NCBI GenBank assembly: GCA_012295275.1
Contig: CM022678.1
Location: 12,958,001 to 13,022,000 of the forward strand
Length of the DNA stretch: 64,000 nucleotides
Source: Chrysomallon squamiferum
Lineage: Eukaryota > Animalia > Mollusca
Direction of reading: 5' to 3'
Part shown: piece after piece, positions 1 through 11,787 of the stretch
Position numbering within the stretch: position 1 is the stretch's first letter
Layout: each line of letters begins with the position of its first letter
The notes under the pieces: model-generated
Seen by the model: only the letters and a program-made list of their open reading frames with translations
The model's database searches: none
What the model was told of the DNA's origin: nothing
Position numbers and translations under genes: made by a program

Positions 1-1148
1 AATTATGGATACACAGTATTGTAGAATATTATCTGGAAATGTTATTATTTTAGGTAAAAAAACACGATATAGAAGATGAAAAAATTAAAATAATAAAAAT
101 CTCAGTGAAAGAAAAGTTGAGAAAATTTACACATGTAACAGATGTTTGACCTTGAAGCAGAATTGATAAATAAATAAGTTTATCAGTTTATCTGGACTGG
201 TAACATCTGTTGGCTTTTCAGTAATCAATGACAAAAGTCTGTGTTTAAATTTCTTGGGTTATTTATTGTTTTTTGATGTCATAAAGAACTAAACATTAAT
301 TGCATAACATGTAAAAATGCATATTGTCCTTCTTTTTAAATATTCTTTAATGGGTGTGGTGTTTATTTAGTTGGGCTGTATTTGTTTACAGTAATAATAA
401 TAATAAATAAATAAACATGGTTCAGTGCAGAGTTTATGTAAACATTATTTTGTTTGCTCTTTGTTAACTTTCCTTCAGCTTTTCATCATTTGTACATTAT
501 TTTTTTATAATATATGTATATGTACATATGACTGTATGTATATTATGTATGAATGTGTTTGTGTGTGTGTGTGTGTGTGGTATAGTTCTTATATATATGT
601 ATTTATGTATGTAGCCTAGTGTAGTGTGTTTGTGTTTTTATATGTGTGTCTGTTTATCTGTTTGTGTGTATGCATGCCTTTTTGTGTTAATTATTCAGCA
701 GTTTGAAAGATTACGTAAACTTGATTTTGTTCATTGTGTAATTTTTCAGTTTTGTATGGTGAAGTCTGCTTAGTGTTTTAATAATGAGTAATAATAATTT
801 TTAAAATGTTTTACTGATGTGAACAGTTAAGGGCTGAAGCACACTGCTGATTATTTATACAGGTAACATGTGTTAGAATATCTCAAGTTTAATGATTTTT
901 TTTTTTTCTTACTAATATCGTAAACTAGGTAACCACTAAATTTATTATTCATAAAGGTAGCATCATATAATTTGTTTGTACATCTCTCTAACTGTCTGTC
1001 TGTCTATCTATCCATCCATCCATCCATCTACCTGTTTGTCTGTCTGTCTGTCTATCTATCTATCTAATAAAATGTATATATGTATGCTGTGTATATATTT
1101 ATATGTTCTCTGTGTGTGTGTATGGATTTTTTTGTCTGAATATATATG

Positions 1149-1189
<41 letters not shown>

Positions 1190-1698
1190 TTGTGTGTTTG
1201 TGTTTGTGTGTGTGTACTGTGCATGTCATGCCTGTATGCAGACATAAGTTCATGATGTGTGTATTGATGAAAAAACAAATAAATACACTCTGCAGAACCC
1301 TTTTACCACATTTAGGAAACTGCAGACAAAATCGGGGAAATATTCAAATATTAATAAATCTACCAGTTAGCAGTGCACTTCCCTCAGTTTACTGTCTGTC
1401 TGTTTACGCACGTCATGTGACCATTCATGTGGTAAATACTCCATGTTGTATCTCAGAAATCTCTAAATTATATATATAACATTATTTCTGTTGTTTCATC
1501 ATTAATCACTAACCATGACAAAACAAGCTGTGGCCCACCAGGGACAGCAAAGAGTTTTAACATAAATTTAGTTCTGCTCATTATTAAATTTCATATTTCT
1601 GCTATTTTTAAAACACTTCAAGAAATCCTTATTTTTGATTTTTTGGACTATTCACACACACATGCACAGAGTAATAACAAGTTCTGTTTGTGTGACAG

Positions 1699-3316
1699 AT
1701 AATCAGCAAGGAAGAGGCTCTGCGTCGAATGTCGACAGTGGATGAAAGTGTCACACTTCCTGAAATGATTGGAGAAACAACTTTACTCACAGAGGATCAT
1801 CTCAGAGAGGTGAGCACTCTCCTCATCCTCCTACTCCTTCTTCTTCTTCATCTTCTTTATGTGAATATTTATCTTCATGTTTACCTTTTTTCTGAATTAG
1901 AAACTCATGTACCTCTCAGAGAGGGAGAGAGAGAATGAATTTAACTTCATAAGAGTATATAAAATAAACAAAATTATGAAAGTTTATCTCTTAAAAGTTA
2001 GTGTCTTTTATTCCCTTAAAATTTTATATGTTTTATATATGCACGCACGCACACACACATACATACATACATACTTTCATTGTGAGGGAAAAAAAGAGAA
2101 ATGTTTTTATAACTTATATAAGAGTTTTGTTATAAATATACCAGTTAATAAATTTAAACATATTTAATTTTCAGCTATCTAAGAACCTTCCTCCGAGAAC
2201 CATTGGGTATCCATGGACACTGATTTACAGCACAGAGCTGCACGGGTTCAGTCTGAAAACACTCTACAGATGCATGAGTGGCATCGACAGCCCCATCCTT
2301 CTCGTTGTCATGGATACCAGTGAACACGTAAATATCATTTTTTAGTATATTTTACCTTATTATTATTATGATTACTGCCACTACTGCTACTACTACTAAT
2401 ACTATTAGTAGCTCTTGGATTATTATTATTATTATCATCATCATAATTATCATATTTATCATCATGTTCATTATTATTATTACTCTATAATATGTATATC
2501 TACAGCATTTTTATTGTTACTGCACTATTATTGTTTGTAGTTGTTGTTGTTTTTATTATTACCATTACTGTTTTATTATTATTTTTATTGTTGCTATTAT
2601 TATAATGTCATTATTATTATTGTGCTTAATATTGTTATTATTGTTATTATTGTTACTATTATACTGTCATTGTTATGGTTGTTATTATTATTATTATTAT
2701 TACCTCCATGAAGAAAAATAATAATAAAAAAAATGAAAAAATAAAGTAAGAGTAAATAACAAAAATAAATAAATAAATAAACAAATAAACAAATATTAGG
2801 GTTGTTATTGTTATTATTATTATTATTGTTACTGTTGTTAGTGTTGTTAGTGTTGTTGTTGTTGTTAATGTTATTGTTACTGTTGTTAGTGTTGTTAGTG
2901 TTGTTGTTGTTGTTATTGTTATTGTTACTGTTGTTAGTGTTATTAGTGTTGTTGTTATTGTTATTGTTACTGTTGTTAGTGTTGTTATTGTTGTTGTTAT
3001 TGTTATTGTTACTGTTGTTAGTGTTATTAGTGTTGTTGTTGTTATTGTTGTTGTTATTGTTATTGTTACTGTTGTTAGTGTTATTAGTGTTGTTGTTGTT
3101 ATTGTTGTTGTTATTGTTGCAGGTGTTTGGAGCTGTGACAAGTTGTGCTATAAAGATGAGTGATCACTTCTATGGAACTGGCGAGTCTTTCCTCTTCACG
3201 TTTTACCCAGAATTCAAGGTACCTTGGTTCAAATCTTAGCAGTGCATTTCACTAAGTGGACACTAAACTTGTAAATAAATGAATCAACAAACAGAATGGC
3301 AAGTTTGGAATTTGGA

Positions 3317-3364
<48 letters not shown>

Positions 3365-4256
3365 AAATGTGTGAATTATGCATAGTGTGTTTGTTAAAAA
3401 AGTCAGAAAGAAAAACTTATTGAAAACTGAAGTGAAAAAGAAGAACTTATAATAATCCTAAACAAGATGATAGAGAGAAACAGAGAAAAATACATACATA
3501 CACAGAAAGATGGAAACAACAGACAGACAGAAATACTAGGCACTAAGGAACATGTATATATATATATGTATATGTATGGTGTGTTCAGCGTCAAAAACAC
3601 AGACATTTTGTTTGACTTTTAAACAGGTATTTCACTGGACTGGAGAAAATAATTTCTTTCTGAAAGGAAATCAGGAAAGTTTGGCCATAGGAGCAGGACA
3701 GTAAGTGTTCTTCCATCATGTTCCTCCATTTTGTCAGTGATCCATGAATTTGTACATTTTTAATTCTGTTTTTACTTGTGTAGAATTTCTTTCCTCAGTC
3801 ACTGTTTTTAAAAGATTTTGTTAGAAATATAAATTTATTTGCTAACATTTAATTAAATGGATATAACATGTAACATTCTGAAAATTATTAAATGTGAGAT
3901 ATCTGTCATTGATCATTTCCTGTTAATGATGTTGCTTCAGTGGTTTATTAAAGACCAAACTATTAGTTTATATGTGTATTAAGAAAACTGGCCAATGGTA
4001 AAAGTTGCTGAGGAAGTTTTACAGTTCCATTTTATCACTAAGAAGATAGAAATAGGTGTGTGTGTGTGTGTGTGTGTGACACAACTGACACATTGTAATT
4101 AACAAGTGAGATAATTTCAGGGGTTTGTTTGGGCTGTGGTTTGATGGAGACTTGTATCACGGGCGCTCACACAGGTGTGAGACGTTTGACAACGACGTGC
4201 TCACTGACACTGAAGATTTTGTTGTCAAGGGTTTGGAAGCTTGGGCCTTTGTCTGA
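1699..4256 (+). CDS. OXR1: Oxidation resistance protein 1 / NCOA7-like (TLDc domain), 3' part; the 5' exons lie upstream of the window
   Basis: Five GT-AG exons splice in frame: 1699-1809, 2175-2327, 3123-3218, 3627-3700, 4121-4256 (TGA 4254-4256). Translation: [199 protein letters not shown], HGxSLKTLY, FYGTGE and [13 protein letters not shown] are hallmark OXR1/NCOA7 TLDc motifs. Confidence 0.95.
2800..3120 (+). repeat. Cryptic (GTT/ATT)n-derived low-complexity tandem repeat in an OXR1 intron
   Basis: Recurring GTTACTGTTGTTAGTGTT(A/G)TTAGTGTTGTT blocks run right up to the acceptor at 3121-3122. Source of the poly-Leu and poly-Thr ORFs. Confidence 0.85.
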
Positions 4257-6140
4257 GGTGAACAGAGATCATTTTACATAATTCTTTATTTGAAGTAAAC
4301 ATTCTCATGTGAAAATAATCATTCGGCTCAGAATTCAAGATTGAAAACGTGCTTCTGTAGGAAATTTCTATATTTCAACTGATATAAAGTTGACAATGAA
4401 ATTGTAATATGTATTGTAATGAAACTGTTATTTTGAGATGTTCAAACTATTTATTTTGTAGGAGGATTTTAAAAAGTTGCAAAAGAGAAGATCTTGTTTG
4501 TTTCAGTTCCGAATTGAGACTGATAAAAGAGAAATAACAAGGAACAAACTTTTAAGCAGCATAACTGTAAGAAGGGGCATAACTGCAACAAGGGACATAA
4601 CTCCAGCTGTTTGATGTCTGATAGTGAATGTTGTGTAGTTCAGCAGAACTAGGACACATCACACTAGCTGAGAAATTCTTGATGTGTTTTATTTTTTTTT
4701 GTGTTGTGTTAGAACACACATAGCAACACACTGAATGTTTTTCAGAAGTACAATTATCATTCATAGAGAGACAGTTTATCATAACATACTGAATATTCTC
4801 ACTCCACGAGCTCTCAGACTCGACAGTTTGCGCTGAGAGTTCAACACTGGGAAAAAGTGGAAAAATAAAGTTATCATTTTTAATACATTACAGACACCAC
4901 CTGACAGGACATGTCCCAGAATGCTTTGCAAACCATTTTCATCAAGACACACTAGGTTCTAGAGAAGATGAAGATGTTATTCCATAATGCTTTTGGATTG
5001 GACATTTTTATTTTGTTTTTGTTTAAATTTTCTCACAGACATTTGTTTTGAGTTTGTCACGCACACGTACAAATGACATTCCTCTGATGTAATATATTCT
5101 CTTGACTTGTTTCTTGTTTTCTTATGCATGCTGGACAGCCAAGTAATTTTGGGGGGGGGTTTTGTTTAGTGATATTAACCCTTTTTGCTGATAAATAAAC
5201 AGCACCTTGTTTAAAGGTTTCTTTTCCTGTTGTTTTGTTTTTTTCGTTTTATGAATTCATTGCAACCAAAATGAACTAACTGATGAGAAATTGGTTATTA
5301 TTAAATTTTTCAATAGTTTAAAACTTCATTAATTAAAATAAAATATCCTGTTTTGGTCTTGTTTTTATGAATTTATTACCATTGCAAATATAATATTACC
5401 TCCATGAAGAAAAATAATAATAAAAAAAAATGAAAAAATAAAGTAAGAGTACATAATAAAATTAAATAAATGAATAAACAAACATAAAAATAAACAAATA
5501 ATATAAATAAAATCATTCATTCATTGTTCATTTAATTAAATTTAATTAATTAACAAAATCTTCTGTTTTACTGTTTAGTCTTGATCAAAACGATTTCTCT
5601 TTTTATAATCTTTTTATGATAAACTTTTAAATCATAAATTAATAAAATAGTTTTTTTAGTGGACCTTTTGAATTTAATTACTTCTGTCACAAAACAAATA
5701 ATTTTGTTCTTTTCTTCATAAACAGTTTAGGTTTAATAATTTAATGTATTATATTATTAATATCCCTTCATAAATATACAAACCAAAGTACAGTTCTAAA
5801 CAAGCAGCAGAATGTATCAGTTATAAGATTAAAAAATTTTAAAAAGTAAAAAATATAAGTACCTCTAAATGAGGATAAAGGTTGATGCAGAATTTTTAAT
5901 TTATTGAAAAATGTAATTAACATACAAGGGGTTAACAGATGAATAATATAATATATTTGAAAAAAGAAACCCTATTATAGTTTGTTGAACTCGGTGGGTT
6001 AATTTAGTTGGTTGTGTTAAATAATTATTTAGAGTGAAAGAGTTGATATTGTTTTTTTAACTTCAGATGTTAGTTGTTGCATTTACACACAAAAGGGTTA
6101 ATGTGATATTGAAGCATTTATTCAGAGCTGTAATGTTTGA

Positions 6141-6146
6141 AATAAA
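6141..6146 (+). terminator. Candidate polyadenylation signal of OXR1
   Basis: AATAAA followed by a T-rich tract about 1.9 kb after the stop codon. Other AATAAA hexamers occur earlier, so the position is tentative. Confidence 0.35.
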
Positions 6147-6812
6147 ACTGAAAATCTGTATAAATGTTATCTTTTTATTCACTTATCAGTTTTGCTTATT
6201 CAGTTGGACTCAAACTGATGTGAATAAATGACGAATTAGTAAACTCTATTAGTTTGTCTTGCTTCTAATTTCATCATCATCATCATGTTATATTATAATC
6301 ATTACTTATCATGATTATCATCAATTCTGCTATCATTTAGTTAATTAATTTATTATATAATTATTTGCTGTATTTTGAATGCTTGTATGAAAAGAAGAAT
6401 GAGCTGAATATTGAAAAGACTGTTCTGTTGGCAACTTCAGTTTGGAGAATGTTATTTCCAACACTGAATATAAACACGCACACGCACACACACACACACT
6501 CATACATATATATATAGGATAAACAATAAATGTTGAAGAATGTTGCCAATATTTTCTTTTTAATGAAAGAGAAAGGAATATAATAAATTAAATTTGGTAT
6601 CCATCTTGTAAAATAATTTTATATTATGTTACATCATGCACAGCTGAAAAGACAGACATGTATCCTGTTCTCATCTACTGAATTATGATTTAGGTCACCA
6701 CTGGTGCTTGGTTTGCAGGATCAGAACTCTGCGGTGGATCTAATTACAATCATTTTTTTAATATAAATCTATATATCATTTGTTTATGAATATTTTTATG
6801 TTGCGCACAAAC

Positions 6813-6848
<36 letters not shown>

Positions 6849-7485
6849 GGTAGCAGTGGGTATACACTTGTGATTGGGTTATGGAGCTGAAAGTAGATAA
6901 ACTTGTATAAACGGTGCTGAAGTGAATTGTTTGTTGTAGAACCAGTCAATGTGTATCTATTGCATGACAAATATAAAACAACCCCTGATCAAACAGATAA
7001 AAAAAATTCAAAAATTTAAATAAATAAATAAATAAATAAACAAATAAATAAATAATAACAATAATAATAACAACTACAACAAAGGCAGTAATCCTTTAAA
7101 ATACTAGAGATCAGTTTGAGTAAAATAAAACAAAACCAATAAAAGAGACAGAGAAAAAATTAAAATAATAAAAGCCTTGTTTCACTGCTAAAGACTGCCA
7201 GACTGTTGTGTTGACATGTATTGAGATTGGTTTCTTCTGCTTTTCGGGCCATTCATAATTTAACAAACGAGCACTACACAAAACAGGACTTTCTTAAACT
7301 CAGTAAAATTGTAAGAAAAAAATGCTATTAAAATTTAATGTAAAGAAAACGCATCTGAAACAAAGGGGGGAAAAAAAGGAAAAAGAAAAACGAACATACA
7401 AAAACTCGACTGGGAAGGGAACATACAGGTGTATCTGAAGTGAAAAAACAAACCAACAAACAACAACAACAAAACTCAAAACAGT

Positions 7486-7576
7486 TACGTCGTTTATGTG
7501 ACGACACATCGTGACAGAAATCGTGACATGATTTTTCGTGATGTACGTGACACGATGACAAATCACGACATAACGA
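7486..7576. promoter_or_regulatory. CpG-rich cluster of (T/A)CGTGA motifs, promoter/enhancer-like
   Basis: ATCGTGACA at 7508 and 7520, TTCGTGATG 7535, TACGTGACA 7544, TCACGA 7563. About 10 CpG in 90 bp in a CpG-poor background. Confidence 0.4.
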
Positions 7577-9652
7577 TATAACAAATTTAACTTCAGGTGT
7601 TTCTGTTCGGCAAAACACGACTTCTTCGTTCTGCTTCCAAATCATTATTAAGCATGGAGTCTCCATGGTGCCTATATTATATATATAATATACATTAATT
7701 TGACTATTGCATAGTTTTTTTTTTTTTTTTTTTTTTTTTATGTACGATGAGTATCTATAGAAGAAAAACGCTGACGTAATTAATAAACAAATGACTGACA
7801 TTTTCGGTTTGATTCGCTTCTTTTTCGCAAATTTACGAAACTCGTAAGTATATTATAGTTGAACAATGATCTATTTACAGCCCGTTTCTTTCTGCTGGTA
7901 CACTACAACAAAGGGAAAAGTAAAAACGAAGAGAGGGGCCTACATAAATAAACAACTAAAACTGCACTAAGTATATTAAATACGTGTTTATACTACTACT
8001 ATTACTACAAAAGCCGAAGCAACAACTATCGCTACTACAACTACTGCTCTGTATTCGTATTAATAGTTATTATTAATGCTATTACAACTAATTATTAAAA
8101 ATTCAGTTACCATTAATATTATTTATTTTATATTTATTTATTATGCTTATTTACTAAATACAATTATTAATTTTATTTTGTGCCATTATAATTTTTCATT
8201 TTTGTTTTTGTTTCTATCTTAAACAGTTTGCAATTAGTCACTTCTCTCTCTTTCTCTCTGCATACAAATATTTATTCATGTATGTATGTTTATTCTTGTT
8301 TGTAGATGGATGGTTAGATGAATGGATGGACAAATGAACAATTTTAAATTCTTTTCATAAGTTTAGAAATAAAAATAAGAGTAGTATTTTTAAAACATGG
8401 ACTATAATGTGATGTGCAGGAAAACTGTATATAACTGTGAAAAGGCTGTTATATAACTAAAGCTGTTAATTAAGTTAAAACTTGTATCAAATAGTAATTA
8501 AGTTAGATGTGACGTTTTTAAGTTGTAGGTTCCCTTCTAGTGAAAGGTTTTGTGACTAACCAACTCATTATTACACACCATATCCCTGTGAATTATTTTT
8601 TATTTTTCTAAATTATTTTACAGTTTTAAAAAAGAGAACAAGCTATATTGCAGTATAAAATTTTTATTGCCATTTGTAAATATTCCTGTACTATGTAATC
8701 TGCATAGAGAATATAGATTCTATCACATGCAAAGAAATCCATTTGGTACATAAGCAGAATTCACCAAATAATACAAACTGTTATAGTATATGTGCGCGTG
8801 CTTTACACAGTTGTTGAAAAGATATAATAATTACATTTTGTAATATTAGTAATACTTCAGTTGAAGATGAATTCTGTATTTGGCACATCAGTGAAGTAGT
8901 AGTTAAGATATACAAGTAAGTGACTGTAAACTGGAGAGGCTGCTTTAGAAGATGAAACGAAGTCCAGACATAAAACAGACAGATGACTTATTTGTAGAAG
9001 TCCTCGCCATGGTCTGATTCTCTCAGCGACCAGTGTCCCTGGTTAGGTTTAAAAATGTGATACTGAACATGTGTGACACAATACCAGAAAAAAAATTGTT
9101 AAATGAAGGAGTAAATCCAGGATGAACATGAGATGTTAGAGGAACATCTTGTGTCACTGCACTGACCTACAATTCCACACACAAATCACTGAAGTGTGAC
9201 GTACAGTGTGAGAACTGACTGTTACTTTCAGTTTTCCTCAATGTTAGGTATAAGATGTAAATAAAATAAACTGAAATATTATTTGGTTGTTTCTGTAAAG
9301 GTATCTTATAATTTCTCTCTCACATGACTTCAAATACAAAAAAACACATAAGCTGCTGTTGTTAAATAATGACACAATTTTAAAAAAACCCAAACATTTT
9401 CTACACATTATTTGTTTAAACTCCTATCACTACAATGTCTACTAGCTGACATTTAACTACATAATATAATGATTTTTAGTTTTCTAGGATAAATTGGAGA
9501 TAAAACAGTAAATAAAACAAGTAAGAAAAGACAAAAGGTTCTGAACTGTCAAAAGTGATTAATAATCTATTTGGTTAAACAGAACTTTTTTAGCAACTTT
9601 TTAAATTTATTTATTTTTATATGAAAAGGCTCTTTACTAATAGTTAGGTCTC

Positions 9653-9705
<53 letters not shown>

Positions 9706-10805
9706 TAGATATGTACCAACTACTTGTGATCTTTTTGCTGATTTTTTAAAATTGTATACAGTAACAACATAAGAAAACAAATCATTCTGTATAAATGACA
9801 TTTCTATATAGCCATGCAGTGATATTACATATATAATACACTTATGCAGTGATTGTAATAATTTTCAGCTGAAACAAAACAACAACAACAAAAACAACCT
9901 CAGGCTGTAATGAGATAAAGAATAACAGTATGATAGCAAATCAAGATATCAGAATTAAATTTATTACAATCATGATATAAACAGAAAGTAATGCATGATT
10001 GGAGAAAAGAAAAATTTTGGTCAATAGCGTAATTCTAAAGTTATTTAAGATAGAGTGATTTGTAGGAGGTATTCTGGTTTATCAACAAGATGTGTGTGTT
10101 GCTGAAACACTGGGAGACTCAGTAAACCAATACTGTACAGACAGTAAGAACTAGTCTAACTAGACTTTCTAACAAACCCATAACAAACCCAATTAACAGA
10201 AAAAAACATATATTAAATATAAAGAAGAAAATTTTATCATTTAATTCTTTCATTATTATTAATACCAAAGGTATAGTGCTGATTGCCAGCACCCAGGGAA
10301 ATGCGCAAATGAAGTGTATTGTTTACCCTAATCCTTAGAAATTAGTCATCCCAATCCCCTTCCACTAGTCCAGTAGTGAATTTAGAACCCACCTCTGTGC
10401 CCCGCCCATTCTACGCCACCAGATATTACTTTAAAATTATGATTCAATAATAATAATAAAAATACTCCTATTCTGTAACTCGCCTAATTAAAATAAGTTC
10501 ATAAAGATAAATTATCAGAGTTTATCTTTCTGAACTACAGACATGAGCTACATTAATGAATTTAGTTATCATTAAAATAACATGTTTGCTACACCTTGAT
10601 TTGATGTTCATTTATGAAGTAATATTCAAATAATCCATTTTATTTCTACACCAAAGTTAAAAATGATATACAAAAAATAAGAAAAAAAATCTGTCACCAA
10701 AATTTACAGATTTCAAATAAAATTATCACAATTGTTTTAAAAAAAGTTATAAAAATCACTTTCGTTACGTGCGATATTCGTTGAGCTGTTGTGTGTAATA
10801 AACTT

Positions 10806-11743
10806 TTACTGTTCATAATACGACCTGTACCAGGTGTCTATCTGAGACCAGTAGTTGTAGGCAATGGCAGTGACCATCATTGCACAGGACACATAAATTG
10901 GCAGAAACAGACTGGAGGCCTGGTATTCCTGTTTTGACTGGCTTCTGTCAAGGATAGCTCTACATCTCTCTCGCGTTACCTCAGCTATCGGATCATCATG
11001 TGGAATCCGCTTCATGATCTGGAAAGAAGAACTGGTTGCTTAGCAACAGCATCACTAAAATGCCAAACTTTTATAATTTTCATTTGTTTCTAATTGACTT
11101 TTTAATAAAAAAAAATACTCAAAACTTTCTTATCTATAGAGCTAGAGAGAAATAAGAAAAGCTCTCAAATGTAAAAAGTTTCTATCCTCTTTTATCAAAA
11201 CTAAACTGATTATGTTAGTGATTAACCATTGTTTCATAATGACAAAACTAACTAGCTGTAAAATCACTGACAGCCAGTAGTAAAGGACAACTGAACATTT
11301 GATTGACAGAGTAAAAAGTAGCTTTTTAAATTTTATTTTTCTTTAAAATACGTCATCAATATGTGTCTGTGTGTGTGCGTGTGCATGTGCGTGCCTGTAT
11401 TACCTCTGAAGTGAAGTGACGCATGATTGACTTGACTTTGCCAATGTTGGTTGACTCCATTATTATTCTGACAGCTTCACCTTTACGTATTTTCACAACT
11501 CCCGTGAACACGCTGGGGTTGTTGTAGCATCGTTCTAACGTAGCTATACCCATTATCTGAAAACAGTTACAAATACACGTCTAGACTAGTAGGTTCTACA
11601 TTTATTAATAGTTGTTAATCAAGAGTAAAATACATATGGTTACTATCAAAATATCTCAGTGGTTAACTGAATAGAATATTTTGTTCTATTATTTCTGTAT
11701 CAACAAAACAATTTAAACAACATTCTGCTTTATGTATGTGTGA

Positions 11744-11787
<44 letters not shown>

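Noticed and set aside
6365-6470. A fourth H/ACA-like fold
   Set aside because: It folds about equally well on either strand and the box spacing is wrong. This shows the false-positive risk for such folds.
6729-6740. 12-nt identity (GATCCACCGCAG, minus strand) with ADI1 exon 1
   Set aside because: Too short, and the flanks do not align. Compatible with chance.
6692-7252. Spliced minus-strand micro-protein (MARKAEETNLN...VVLYLSCNRY...PPQSSDPANQAPVVT*)
   Set aside because: It needs weak donors (GTGAAA, GTGTAT) and resembles no protein I recognise. A non-coding interpretation is at least as plausible.
7597-7680. U6 snRNA-like look (GTG..TTCGGCA..CAC 5' hairpin and TTAAGCATGG at U6-like spacing)
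   Set aside because: The invariant ACAGAGA box and the U6 3' region are absent. U6 is too conserved for this to be a real copy.
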